A stretch of DNA of 64,000 bases from an uncultured Candidatus Binatia bacterium (GTDB taxonomy: Bacteria; Desulfobacterota; Binatia; UBA9968; JAJDTQ01): contig OZ251459.1 in the NCBI GenBank assembly GCA_965242525.1, forward strand, positions 3,904,001 through 3,968,000. The letters are read 5' to 3'. The position numbers and the translations under genes were made by a program. Positions 52,101-61,007 of this stretch are shown piece by piece. Each line of letters starts with the position of its first letter. The stretch's first letter is position 1. The notes under the pieces are model-generated. The model saw only the letters and a program-made list of their open reading frames with translations, was not told the origin of the DNA and ran no database searches.

Positions 52101-52295
52101 ATCCTGGAAACCAAGGGCTACGACCCCCTCGAACAAGTGAAGTCACAGGCCGCCCAACGGTGGGTGCGGGCCGTGAACGCGGACCGCGGGTTCGGAACCT
52201 GGGACTATGCTATAGTCTCGGACATGGGCAAGGTCGGCGAGGCGGTCGAGCGGTTCGCGAACCAGCCGGATGGTTCAATCGAGGTTGAAGGCTGA
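49155..52295 (+). CDS. res: Type III-like restriction Res subunit (SF2 helicase + PD-(D/E)xK nuclease)
   Basis: GTG overlaps the upstream TGA. MATGTGKT, NDEAHH, SATP, MLTEGWD, QVVGRGLR, YLPDFIV..LETKG. Confidence 0.9.
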   Translation: MNAHEVPEPILNSPFEEPKEHWWITEHDPPERRAGRRPAMYFYRPPGREASREGQDAGTAIELKLVNRIRAKLAEWRPLALRGEGGVTRTTTDLLRYWRREGRRHPLFFAQVEAAETVIFLTEAREDFLQGVDVPLDEPGEEARADGVRAFRRHACKMATGTGKTTVMGMLAAWSILNKVAARGDARFSDVVLVVCPNVTIRSRLEELKPQGGEASLYRTRDLVPSHLMPQLARGHVLVTNWHVFEPRTVQAAGETARVLRTGRQVRTRETIRIGARTTTARGTRYLTLKDLERQAATGLVRVLDEQRDGQGNLKSVSVESVRYVESDSKLIERVLGREVGGKRNILVMNDEAHHAYRIRRAEPDEDEADLFGETDDGEAFYREATVWVDGLDRIHKHRGINLCIDLSATPYYLGRVGQNANRPFPWVVSDFGLIDAIESGLVKIPQLAVRDTSGAPIPGYFNIWRWILPKLTPAERGGRRGSVKPEAVLKYAHVPMAMLGGLWEALRQEWSEEGRPPVFIIVCKDTALARVVYRWLAEDKAPVGIPPARLDGLRNADGAVRTIRVDTKVVRESDSGEAKFDEDRWMRVTLDTVGKTDWPRDGQGRSIYPEGFEALAGKLQRPLHPPGRDVRCIVSVGMLTEGWDCNTVTHIVGLRPFMSQLLCEQVVGRGLRRSSYTVEEDGKLGEEVAKIFGVPFEIVPLKGNPSGNEPKPPPKTWRVRAVPGKARLEIRFPRVEGYAREIRHRVKVDWESIAPLRLDPMHIPPEVEMKAGLPGNTGRPSLVGPGRLERVDLNPYREERRFQRLVFEMARDLTRDYRQQPGCDAPAHVLFVQLAAIVHRYLREKVQPVEPAQNVDAFLSPWYGWMVERLIAAVEPDHETGEDAELPRYESGRGPGSTAEVDFETRREPYPVVKSHVNAVVPDTAKWEQSAAYRLDTHERVHSFVKNASLGFAIPYLHNGQHHEYLPDFIVRLTGDAERYLILETKGYDPLEQVKSQAAQRWVRAVNADRGFGTWDYAIVSDMGKVGEAVERFANQPDGSIEVEG

Positions 52296-52318
52296 ACCAG
52301 GAAGACGGAGATCAATCC

Positions 52319-54181
52319 ATGGAATACAAGAGCTTTCATATTAAGAACTTCAAGGGTATTTCCGATCAGACGATCAATCTCGGCAAGCGACCGACTGGTA
52401 GGGTATTTACCCTCGTGGGTCTCAACGAATCCGGGAAAACCACGGTTCTGGAGGCAATCAGTTCATTGGAAAGTAGAGAAACGCATCTGGAAGCCCTATA
52501 TCAGGAAGATTTTCCACATGGCGATGCCCATGATTTGATTCCCATGAAGAAAAAAGCCAATTTCAATGAATTGGTAGAAGTCTCTGCTGAAATCTCCCTG
52601 TCCGATCCGGAAGTTGACAAATTGATAAGTTATGCAAAGAGATCTCTCGCCTTCACAGTTGATCGTAAAGAATTCCCAACCGTGATCGGAATGAAAAAAG
52701 AGATGAAGTTCGAGAACTCGAGATACACAGGGACGACCTTTTGGTGGAATATAGATCCGATGGGAATACCGAGTAGAGGAAGAAAGAAGAGAAGACTTTC
52801 TATTCATAGCAAAGAGAAGTGGCAGCAGTTTGTACGTGAGATTAGCAATAACTTGCCCTCCATTCTATATTTTCCGACATTTCTGTTTGATTTCCCAAAG
52901 CGCATCTACGTGAGCTCAGATGCTAAGGAATCCGAAAAGAATACATTTTATTATGACGTAATCAAGGATATACTTGATTCGCTCGACGCTGACCTTGATA
53001 TAGAACAGCATATTGTCGATCGCGCCAGAAATGGTGACTCGCCGTCGCAAAGATCTCTGGAAGCAGTCTTGGCAAAGATGAGCTCGTCGGTGAGCAAGAC
53101 AGTGTTCAAGATGTGGAATAGTATATTTGGAAACAAAAAGAATATCCCCAGAAAGGATATCGTTATCCGTTGCGATACGGAGCCTGCCGGCAATGAGGGA
53201 GCATCGAAGGTTTACCTTGAATTCTTCGTTAAGGATGGGGATGAAATATACCTCATCACGGAACGGTCCCTTGGCTTCCGTTGGTTTTTCTGTTTTATGC
53301 TGTTTACCCAATTTCGCCAATACCGAAAAGAGACAGAAAACACGTTGTTTTTGTTCGATGAACCGGCATCCAACTTGCATTCTCACGCGCAAGCTCAGTT
53401 GCTGAAAAGTTTTATGACGATTATTGGTAGAGGACAAGGCAGGATTCTATACTCCACACATAGTCATTATATGATCAATCCTAGATGGTTGGAGAATACT
53501 TATATCGTCTCTAATGGTAGCCTATACGACAATGACAAGTCCATGTACGAGTATTCTTCGCGTGATGCAGACATACAGATAACGCCATATAGGGAGTTTG
53601 TCAGCCATCATCCCACGAAGACGAACTATTTCCAACCAATACTGGACACTCTTGAACATGCTCCCAGTAGTTTGGAGAGAATCTCTGACGCGGTATTTGT
53701 TGAGGGGAAGAATGATTTCTACATGCTCAAGTACTTCAATGAAGTCATTTTGCGGAATCACGAAACGTTCTCGATCATTCCGGGGACAGGTGCTGGTGGT
53801 TTCGATGCTTTGATTGGTTTGTATCTCGGTTGGGGGAAGAAGTTTATCTTACTACTTGACGATGATAACGCGGGTAGGATGAGTAAGGCAGGGTACATCC
53901 GAGAATGGCAGCCGCAAGAGTTTCTCGTTCTTACATTGAGAGACATCTCACAAGACTGGGCAGGCTTGGAAATGGATAGACTTCTGTCGGAACCAGATGT
54001 TGAGAACATCCGAGCAGATTTTTATCCAGACAAGAAGGGCAGGCCATCGAAGAAGGAAATCTGCCGTGCATTGCAAGAGAAGCTCAGCCGTGAAGATGCA
54101 AGCAATATCTCTGAGGAAACCATTGCTTCGTTTCGAAGGTTGCTGGACACATTGAAAGATAGATTGAATGGTCAGCGGTAG
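52319..54181 (+). CDS. OLD-like ABC ATPase-TOPRIM protein, visibly AT-richer than the host
   Basis: GLNESGKT, RSLGFRWF, LFDEPASNLH, YSTHS, FVEGKND, LLDDD. Confidence 0.85.
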   Translation: MEYKSFHIKNFKGISDQTINLGKRPTGRVFTLVGLNESGKTTVLEAISSLESRETHLEALYQEDFPHGDAHDLIPMKKKANFNELVEVSAEISLSDPEVDKLISYAKRSLAFTVDRKEFPTVIGMKKEMKFENSRYTGTTFWWNIDPMGIPSRGRKKRRLSIHSKEKWQQFVREISNNLPSILYFPTFLFDFPKRIYVSSDAKESEKNTFYYDVIKDILDSLDADLDIEQHIVDRARNGDSPSQRSLEAVLAKMSSSVSKTVFKMWNSIFGNKKNIPRKDIVIRCDTEPAGNEGASKVYLEFFVKDGDEIYLITERSLGFRWFFCFMLFTQFRQYRKETENTLFLFDEPASNLHSHAQAQLLKSFMTIIGRGQGRILYSTHSHYMINPRWLENTYIVSNGSLYDNDKSMYEYSSRDADIQITPYREFVSHHPTKTNYFQPILDTLEHAPSSLERISDAVFVEGKNDFYMLKYFNEVILRNHETFSIIPGTGAGGFDALIGLYLGWGKKFILLLDDDNAGRMSKAGYIREWQPQEFLVLTLRDISQDWAGLEMDRLLSEPDVENIRADFYPDKKGRPSKKEICRALQEKLSREDASNISEETIASFRRLLDTLKDRLNGQR

Positions 54182-54239
54182 TACCGGATGGCAATCGGGC
54201 AGATCCGTTGCCGGATTTCCGTGCAGGGCTACCGGCGCC

Positions 54240-54704
54240 TCACAGCAACGGCAATATCGCGCCGAACAGTACGCCCTCGAACAGGGACCGCTTCAGCAGC
54301 AGGTCGAGGCTGACGAAGACCAGGGCCCAGACCGCGGCCGCGGCCAGGAGGCAGCGGGGCCAGGAGGCGCCGCCGTAGCGGCGCAGGAACAGGACCATGT
54401 AGAGGGGGATGGCGAGATGGAAGCCGATGAGGAGCACCAGCACGCAGAAGGCCCCCAGCCAGGCGATGACCGGGGCGGCCTTGGACCACGGCGCCACGTC
54501 CGGGGCGGCTTCGTCCGCGGCCGCGCTCGGGTAGAGCAGTTCCCGGCCCAGACTGAACAGGATCAGCGCCAGCGTGGGCGCGCCCAGCACCACCGGCACG
54601 AGCCCTCCCTGTCCTTCGAACCCGAGGGACAGGGAGACCACCAGCGCCACCACCGCCAAGTAGAGCAGGTTGACGATCACGCCGGTGTAGTCCATGCGCT
54701 TCAT
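54240..54704 (-). CDS. tctB: Tripartite tricarboxylate transporter small subunit TctB
   Basis: About 5 TM segments; lies downstream of tctA. Confidence 0.75.
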   Translation of the reverse strand: MKRMDYTGVIVNLLYLAVVALVVSLSLGFEGQGGLVPVVLGAPTLALILFSLGRELLYPSAAADEAAPDVAPWSKAAPVIAWLGAFCVLVLLIGFHLAIPLYMVLFLRRYGGASWPRCLLAAAAVWALVFVSLDLLLKRSLFEGVLFGAILPLL

Positions 54705-54714
54705 GGCGGTCTCG

Positions 54715-56184
54715 TCAGCGGGTCCGCAGCCGCTTGGCCACCGGCGCCGCGGCCATCGTGAGGATGAGGATCCAGGAGATGGCGCTGTCGAAGAATCCCG
54801 TATAGCTGCCGTCGTGGATGCGCAGGGTCAGCAGGAAGGACTTCTCCGCCAGGTCGCCGAGCACGAAGCCGATGACCAGGGGCAGCACCGGCACTCCCGC
54901 CCGCCGCATGGCGAAGCCGAGCACGCCCAGCAGCACCACCAGCACCACGTCCCAGACGTTCTCCCGCAGGATGTAGGTTCCGGCCAGGGAGACCACCGCG
55001 ATGACGGCCGAGAGGTAGTGGACCGGGACCCGGGTGATGACGGCCAGGTAGCGGGCGGCGAACAGGCCGAATATGCTGGCGAAGGCGTTGGACACCACGT
55101 AGCCGTTGAGCAGGGTCCAGACGAATATGGGCTGCTCCACGATCAACTGGGGTCCCGGCGAGATCCCGTGCATGATGAATATGCTCAGGAGCAGGGCCAT
55201 GGCGAGGCTCCCGGGGATGCCGAAGCTGAGGGTGGTCAGCAACGCCCCGCCATCCTTGGAGTCGTTGGCCGCCTCGCTGGCGATGACGCCCTCGGGATGG
55301 CCCTTGCCGAAGGAGCCCGGGTCCCTGGAGGCCTGCACCGCCACCGTATAGGCGATGAGGTTGGCGGTCTCGCCCCCCACTCCCGGTATGATCCCCACCA
55401 GCGTGCCGATGGAGGAGCTCCGCAGCAGGCACACCGCGTAGCGGAAGTTCTCCAGCACCCCCTGCCAGGCGCCCCGTATGCTGGCCTCGACGTTGTCCCG
55501 GGCGATGGTGCCCCCCTGGGCCGAGTAGTTGATGAGCTCCCCGATGGCGAACAGCCCCACGAAGAACGGTATCAGGGGGATGCCGTCCCACAGGTACTCG
55601 CTGCCCAGCGTATAGCGGATGAGCCCGGTGGGCTCGTTGAGCCCCACCAAGGACAGCAGGATGCCGACGCCGCCGGCCACGAGGCCCTTCAGCAGCGACC
55701 CCTGGCTCACGGTGGCGGTGGTGACGAGGCCGAACACCACCAGCCAGAAGATCTCCGGGTGGCCGAAGGCCAGCACCAGCGGGCGCATGACCTGGATCAG
55801 CAGGGCGAGGATCACGAGTCCGAAGAGCGCCCCCAGGAGGCAGGCCCCGGCCGACAGGCCCAGGGCCCGGGCCGCCTCCCCTCGCTTGGCCATGGGGTAG
55901 CCGTCGAAGCAGGTGGCGGCGTTCACCGGCGTGCCCGGGGTGTTGAGCAGGATGGCGCTGATGGAGCCGCCGAAAGAGCTCGCTCCCATGATGCCGGAGA
56001 ACAGATAGACCGCGGTGATGGCGTCCCAGGTGAACGTGAACGGGAGCAGCATGGACATGGCGAGGATGCCGCCCAGGCCCGGCACCGCGCCGAAGACCAG
56101 GCCGATGATGCTGCCCGCGCACAGCGTCAGTATGACGTGCGGCTCGGCAATGGTGGCCAGGGCGCCGCCGAATCCCTCGAACAT
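54715..56184 (-). CDS. tctA: Tripartite tricarboxylate transporter TctA
   Basis: GAVPGLG, ILLNTPGTP..TCFDGYPMAK, SEAANDSKDGG..GIPGS. Confidence 0.93.
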   Translation of the reverse strand: MFEGFGGALATIAEPHVILTLCAGSIIGLVFGAVPGLGGILAMSMLLPFTFTWDAITAVYLFSGIMGASSFGGSISAILLNTPGTPVNAATCFDGYPMAKRGEAARALGLSAGACLLGALFGLVILALLIQVMRPLVLAFGHPEIFWLVVFGLVTTATVSQGSLLKGLVAGGVGILLSLVGLNEPTGLIRYTLGSEYLWDGIPLIPFFVGLFAIGELINYSAQGGTIARDNVEASIRGAWQGVLENFRYAVCLLRSSSIGTLVGIIPGVGGETANLIAYTVAVQASRDPGSFGKGHPEGVIASEAANDSKDGGALLTTLSFGIPGSLAMALLLSIFIMHGISPGPQLIVEQPIFVWTLLNGYVVSNAFASIFGLFAARYLAVITRVPVHYLSAVIAVVSLAGTYILRENVWDVVLVVLLGVLGFAMRRAGVPVLPLVIGFVLGDLAEKSFLLTLRIHDGSYTGFFDSAISWILILTMAAAPVAKRLRTR

Positions 56185-56337
56185 GGACGCGGGTGTCCCG
56201 GGGTCACCGTCCGCGCGTCCCTGCGCCCCTCGACCCGGTGGACGGGCGGGGGCCGGAACGGGACGGCGGAAGCCCGGAAGGAAGGGGGCGAGACGGTCCC
56301 GCACCGCGGAGCCGTCTCGCTGCGTGACCGGCCGCGG

Positions 56338-57333
56338 TCACTTGACGTATTTCTTCAGCAGGGAGGCGTTGTCTCCCACTAGGCCGATCATGTCCCCGAT
56401 GAGCTTCGAGGTGTCCTGGGCGCTCAGCGGGGCCACGACGTTGCCGTTGGCCTGGATCTTGGCCTTGAGCTTGGCGTCGCCGTTGACCTTCACCAGGGCC
56501 GCCTCCAGCACCGAGGCGATCTTGCCGGGGGTCTTGGGCGGCAGCGCGTAGAGGTTCTGCCCCACCAGGGAGGCCGACCCCAGTTCCGGGAACCCCTGTT
56601 CCACTCCGGTGGGGATGTCCGGGAACTTGGGATGCCGCTCGGGCAGGTAAACGGCGATGGCCTTGGCCTCGCCGGACTGGACCGCGGTGGTCCAGCGGTT
56701 GACCAGGGGCAGGTTGGTGATGGCGATGTCACCGCGGATGATGCCGGTGATCAGCTCGGGTCCCTTGAAGCCGGCGATGAAGTCCACCGGGTAGCCCACG
56801 AGGTTGGCGGTGATCACCGAGATGGGGAAGGTGTTGCCGCCGGTGCCGGTGATGCCCGCCTTGATGGGCTTCCCGGCCGTCTTCATCTGTTCCAGCGACG
56901 TCCATTGGTCCATGCCATCCTTGGCGGTGGCCTGGAGGAAGTACGGGTTGGACACCTGCCGCCCGATCCAGGTGAAGCTCCGCAGGTCGGGATCCATCCC
57001 CCGGACCACCTGGTTGACCGCCTGGCCGGGCAGGTTGATGGCCGCCATGGTGTAGCCGTCGGGCTTGGAGCGGTTCAGTATCGTCACCGAGTTCCGCCCG
57101 CCCGCCCCCGGCACGTTGCGCACCAACACGGGCACGCCCAGGAGCTTCGACAGGACCTCGCCCTGGAGCCTCGCCGCGGTGTCCATGGCCCCGCCCACCG
57201 AAAAGCCCACGAGGATCGTGATGGGCTTGACGGGATATTTGTCCTGGGCCGCTGCCGGCGTACCGGCCAGCGCCAGGGCCCCGGCCGCGAGCATGGCGAT
57301 GGCCGCGGTTCGCAAAGGTTTCGAGTTCGACAT
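56338..57333 (-). CDS. tctC: TctC/Bug-family substrate-binding protein
   Basis: Signal peptide, YPVKPITILVGFSVGG..D..AR, NVPGAGG, KPDGYT, PDIPT. Confidence 0.9.
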   Translation of the reverse strand: MSNSKPLRTAAIAMLAAGALALAGTPAAAQDKYPVKPITILVGFSVGGAMDTAARLQGEVLSKLLGVPVLVRNVPGAGGRNSVTILNRSKPDGYTMAAINLPGQAVNQVVRGMDPDLRSFTWIGRQVSNPYFLQATAKDGMDQWTSLEQMKTAGKPIKAGITGTGGNTFPISVITANLVGYPVDFIAGFKGPELITGIIRGDIAITNLPLVNRWTTAVQSGEAKAIAVYLPERHPKFPDIPTGVEQGFPELGSASLVGQNLYALPPKTPGKIASVLEAALVKVNGDAKLKAKIQANGNVVAPLSAQDTSKLIGDMIGLVGDNASLLKKYVK

Positions 57334-57422
57334 GAGTGCTCCTTTCCTGTCGGAGGACGCGGTGAAGACCGCTGTTCGGCACGCTGCGGACCTTATCGCC
57401 CCGTCCATGACCTTGTCAACGG

Positions 57423-58838
57423 CTACCTCCGCAGCAGCGAACGGTCGAAGGGCTCCAGCAGCCCTTCCAGTTCCACCTCGCGCACCCGGGCCTCCGGCGG
57501 GCGCGCCCGCTGGGGGTACTGGACCGGCGGGGCGGGCTTGGTGGCGTCCAGGATCATGACGGCGCCCATCACGGGCTGGTGGGTCCCGTCCAGTGCGTAG
57601 TCCCAGTTGGACGGCAGCAGGTCCCCGGGACCGTTCCAGTCCGGGATGGTCAGCACGTCCCGGTCCGGGCGCAGGCGCGTGCCCACGGCCCAGGTCACTT
57701 CCGGCTCGTGGAACACGTCGATGTCCTCGTCCACCACCACCACGCACCGGAGGTTCTCGGGTTCCGTGGCGATGGCGGCCAGGGCCGCCCGCTTGACCTC
57801 CGAGTCGCGGCGCTTGCGGATGGAGATGTAGCAGTGGGTGCGGGCGTGGGCGGGCACGTTGACGTTGACTACACCCGGGACCGCTTCCTTCACCCGGCGG
57901 TAGATGGTGCCCATGCGGGGCAGGCTCCCGAGCACCAGGTGTTCCCGGCCCGCGGGGAAGACGTCGTAGTAGATGGGGTTGCGGCGCATGGTCAGGGCCG
58001 ACACGCGCATGACCGGCTGGGCGCCGACGCTCACGTAGTAGCCGGTCCACTCGCCGAAGGGGCCTTCGAGCCGGGTCTCGTCGGCGGGGAGCCGCCCCTC
58101 GATGACCATCTCGGCGTGGGCCGGCACCATGAGGTCCACGGTCTCGGCCTTGACGAGCTGGATGGGCTCCTGCAGCAGCGCGCCCGCCTCCGCGAACTCC
58201 CCGCCGATCCCCGGCAGCCGGGAGACCGCCCCGAGCATGAACGTGGGGTAGTGCCCGATGACCAGGGCGAACTCGGTGGGCTCGCCCCGTTCCGAGCAGC
58301 GCCGGTGGATGTAGCCGCCGTGGTGGCTGCCCTGGAAATAGACCCCGAGGGTGTGCGGGTCGTGGACTTGGTGGCGGTAGATCCCGGCGTTCTGGACGCC
58401 CGTGTCCGGGTCCTTGAGGATCAGGACTCCGCCGGTGACGTAGGGACCGGCGTCGAGCTCGTTGTGGAACGGGATGGGCAGGGCGGACAGGTCGGCCGCG
58501 TCCCCCTTGAGCACCACCTCCTTCACCGGACCGTCGGCCACGGTCTCCGCGGGGATGGGCCGCGCCTGCCTTTCGCCGTACACCCGGGCCATGTCCGGCA
58601 CGCCGGTATCCAGGGCCAGGGCCAGCCGCTCGTAGGTGGCCGTCAGGTTGATGAGCAGGGGCATGGACGAGCCTTCCACGTGGGTGAAGAGCAGCGCGGG
58701 GAAGCGTCCTTCCTCCCCCAGCCTCGCGGCGATGGCGGTGACGTCGAACCTGCGGTCCACCCGTCGGGTGACCACCCGGAGCTGGTCCGGGGCCGAGTCC
58801 GCCAACTGCTCGATGAACGCGCGCAGATCCTTTGCCAT
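57423..58838 (-). CDS. UbiD-family (prFMN) decarboxylase
   Basis: MAKDLRAFI, DAGPYVT, NAGIYR, EGPFGEWTGYY, VVVVDEDID. Confidence 0.92.
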   Translation of the reverse strand: MAKDLRAFIEQLADSAPDQLRVVTRRVDRRFDVTAIAARLGEEGRFPALLFTHVEGSSMPLLINLTATYERLALALDTGVPDMARVYGERQARPIPAETVADGPVKEVVLKGDAADLSALPIPFHNELDAGPYVTGGVLILKDPDTGVQNAGIYRHQVHDPHTLGVYFQGSHHGGYIHRRCSERGEPTEFALVIGHYPTFMLGAVSRLPGIGGEFAEAGALLQEPIQLVKAETVDLMVPAHAEMVIEGRLPADETRLEGPFGEWTGYYVSVGAQPVMRVSALTMRRNPIYYDVFPAGREHLVLGSLPRMGTIYRRVKEAVPGVVNVNVPAHARTHCYISIRKRRDSEVKRAALAAIATEPENLRCVVVVDEDIDVFHEPEVTWAVGTRLRPDRDVLTIPDWNGPGDLLPSNWDYALDGTHQPVMGAVMILDATKPAPPVQYPQRARPPEARVREVELEGLLEPFDRSLLRR

Positions 58839-58948
58839 GTGTGTGTGGTCCTTTCGTTGCCGCGGACGCGGGTTTCGTCCGGCCGTGCGCCCGCGGCGGG
58901 CGCTTGAAGGTCGCGCTTGAAATCGGGCAGCCTATATCATAGACGATA

Positions 58949-59057
58949 GGAACCTCTGAACGATTCCGGCTTGAACATCTTCTTCCTGCGGGAAAGCGCG
59001 TCCTTCGACTTCGCTTCGCTACGCTCAGGACGAACGGGATAATTGTCCAGATGTTCC
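58949..59057. mobile_element. MITE-like element with a perfect 4-bp target duplication (GATA)
   Basis: GATA|GGAACCTCTGAACGAT...ATTGTCCAGATGTTCC|GATA, with the core inside. Confidence 0.82.
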
Positions 59058-59082
59058 GATAACCTTTCCGAGCGACGCTCCC

Positions 59083-60084
59083 ATGGGAAACTACCTGCTC
59101 CGCCGACTGATCGGAACCATCCCGGTGATGGTCCTCATCAGCATCCTGGTGTTCCTGCTGATCCAGGCCGCGCCGGGCGACCCCACGCTCATGCTGCTCG
59201 GGGAGGACACCACCGCCGCGGACATCGCCGAGGCCAAGGAGCGGTGGGGGCTGGACCAGCCGGTCTATGTCCAGTACGTCAAGTTCTTCCTGTCCGCGGT
59301 CCAGGGGGATTTCGGACGCTCCTTCAAGTACGACGAGCCGGTGCTGGACGTCATCCTCGCCCGGGTGCCGGCGACCCTGGAGCTCGCCACCGCCGCGGTG
59401 GTCATCGCCCTCATCATCGCCATTCCCCTCGGGGTGTGGGCCGCGGCCAAGCCCAACTCGTGGGTGGACAACACCGGCACCACCTTCGGCCTGTTCGGCA
59501 TCAGCATGCCCAGCTTCTGGTTCGGCATCATGCTGATCCTGCTGTTCGCCGGGATACTGAACGTCCTGCCGTCCGCGGGCCGGGACACCTACGGCATCGC
59601 CGGCAAGCCCGTCACCGGGTTCTACATCCTCGACAGCGCCCTCCTGGGGAACTGGGCCGGAGTGCGCGACGGCCTGGAGCACGTGTTCCTGCCGGCCCTC
59701 GCCCTCGGCGCCAACATGCTGGGCATCCTCATGCGCGTGACGCGGTCGTCGGTGCTGGAGGTCATGCACGAGGATTACGTGACCACGGCCCGGGCCAAGG
59801 GGCTGGTGGAGCGCAAGGTGATGTGGCGCCACGTGTTGAGCAACGCCCTGATCCCGGTCATCACCGTGGTGGGGCTGGAGCTCGGCACGCTCCTGAGCGG
59901 CTCGATCATCGTGGAGACGGTCTTTTCGTGGCCCGGCAGCGGCAGCCTCCTGGTCATCGCCCTGAACGCCCGGGACCATCCGCTGGTGACCGGCCTGGTG
60001 CTGGTCTATACCGCGGCCTTCGTGGCCATCAACTTCCTGATCGACGTGCTCTATGCAGTCATCGACCCCAGGATCCGATACTAG
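59083..60084 (+). CDS. Peptide/nickel ABC permease (DppB-like)
   Basis: PGDP, GLDQP..QY, DYVTTARAKGL, IIVETVFSWPG, DPRIR. Confidence 0.93.
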   Translation: MGNYLLRRLIGTIPVMVLISILVFLLIQAAPGDPTLMLLGEDTTAADIAEAKERWGLDQPVYVQYVKFFLSAVQGDFGRSFKYDEPVLDVILARVPATLELATAAVVIALIIAIPLGVWAAAKPNSWVDNTGTTFGLFGISMPSFWFGIMLILLFAGILNVLPSAGRDTYGIAGKPVTGFYILDSALLGNWAGVRDGLEHVFLPALALGANMLGILMRVTRSSVLEVMHEDYVTTARAKGLVERKVMWRHVLSNALIPVITVVGLELGTLLSGSIIVETVFSWPGSGSLLVIALNARDHPLVTGLVLVYTAAFVAINFLIDVLYAVIDPRIRY

Positions 60085-60973
60085 CCCAGGTGTTCCGGAA
60101 CCGTCCGCCGCCCGGCGGCCCGGCCGCGGGTGGTGGCGCCGCTGGATGCGCGTGAAGGTCTATGCCGGCGGGCTCATCGTGCTGGTGTTCATCGTCGTGG
60201 GCGTACTCGGGCCGCTGGTGGCCCCCTACGACCCCAACCGCCAGAGCCTGGAGACCATGCTGCAGGCGCCCCAGTGGTTCTGGGGGCCGCATTTCCTCGG
60301 CACCGACAACCTCGGCCGGGACATCCTGAGCCGCATCGTGTTCGGCGCCCGGGTGTCGCTGCTGGTGGCCTTCGCGGTGGTGTTCATCTCGGGCTTCGTC
60401 GGCGTCCTGCTGGGGGCCGTCTCGGGCTACTTCGGCGGCAACGTGGATTTCTCCATCCAGAAGCTGGTGGAGGTGGTGTGGGCCTTCCCGCCCCTGCTCC
60501 TGGCGCTGACCATCATGGCGTTCCTCGGCCAGGGCCTGTTCAACCTGATCCTGGCCCTGGTGGCCCAGCGGTGGATCCAGTACTGCCGGGTGACCCGCGG
60601 GCAGAGCCTTTCCCTCAAGGCCCGGGAGTTCGTCATCTCGGCCAAGTCCCTGGGCGCCAGCGACGCCCAGGTCATCTCGCGCCACATCATCCCCAACCTG
60701 ATCCAGGTCTCCCTGGTCATCGGCACTTTCGCCATGGCGTCGTCCATCATCTCCGAGGCGAGCCTGAGCTTCCTGGGCCTCGGGGTGCCCCCCGAGATCC
60801 CCACCTGGGGCACCATGCTCGCGGACGGCCGGATCTACATCAGCACCGCGTGGTGGCTGGCCCTGTTCCCCGGGCTCAGCATCTTCGTCACCGTCCTGGG
60901 GATCAACCTGCTGGGCGACGCCCTGCGGGACGTCCTGGACCCCCGGCTCAAGCGGGCGGGGACCGGGATCTGA
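60053..60973 (+). CDS. Peptide/nickel ABC permease (DppC-like)
   Basis: LGTDNLGRD, EASLSFLGLG, NLLGDALRD. Start uncertain. Confidence 0.92.
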   Translation: MQSSTPGSDTSPGVPEPSAARRPGRGWWRRWMRVKVYAGGLIVLVFIVVGVLGPLVAPYDPNRQSLETMLQAPQWFWGPHFLGTDNLGRDILSRIVFGARVSLLVAFAVVFISGFVGVLLGAVSGYFGGNVDFSIQKLVEVVWAFPPLLLALTIMAFLGQGLFNLILALVAQRWIQYCRVTRGQSLSLKAREFVISAKSLGASDAQVISRHIIPNLIQVSLVIGTFAMASSIISEASLSFLGLGVPPEIPTWGTMLADGRIYISTAWWLALFPGLSIFVTVLGINLLGDALRDVLDPRLKRAGTGI

Positions 60974-61007
60974 CCCGCCGGCAGGACCCGCGCACGGACG
61001 GACTCCC

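Noticed and set aside
56338-59979. 1213-aa ORF suggesting a giant TctC fusion
   Set aside because: Only 56338-57333 is TctC, with its own RBS and signal peptide. The rest is shadow frame over ubiD, the MITE and dppB.
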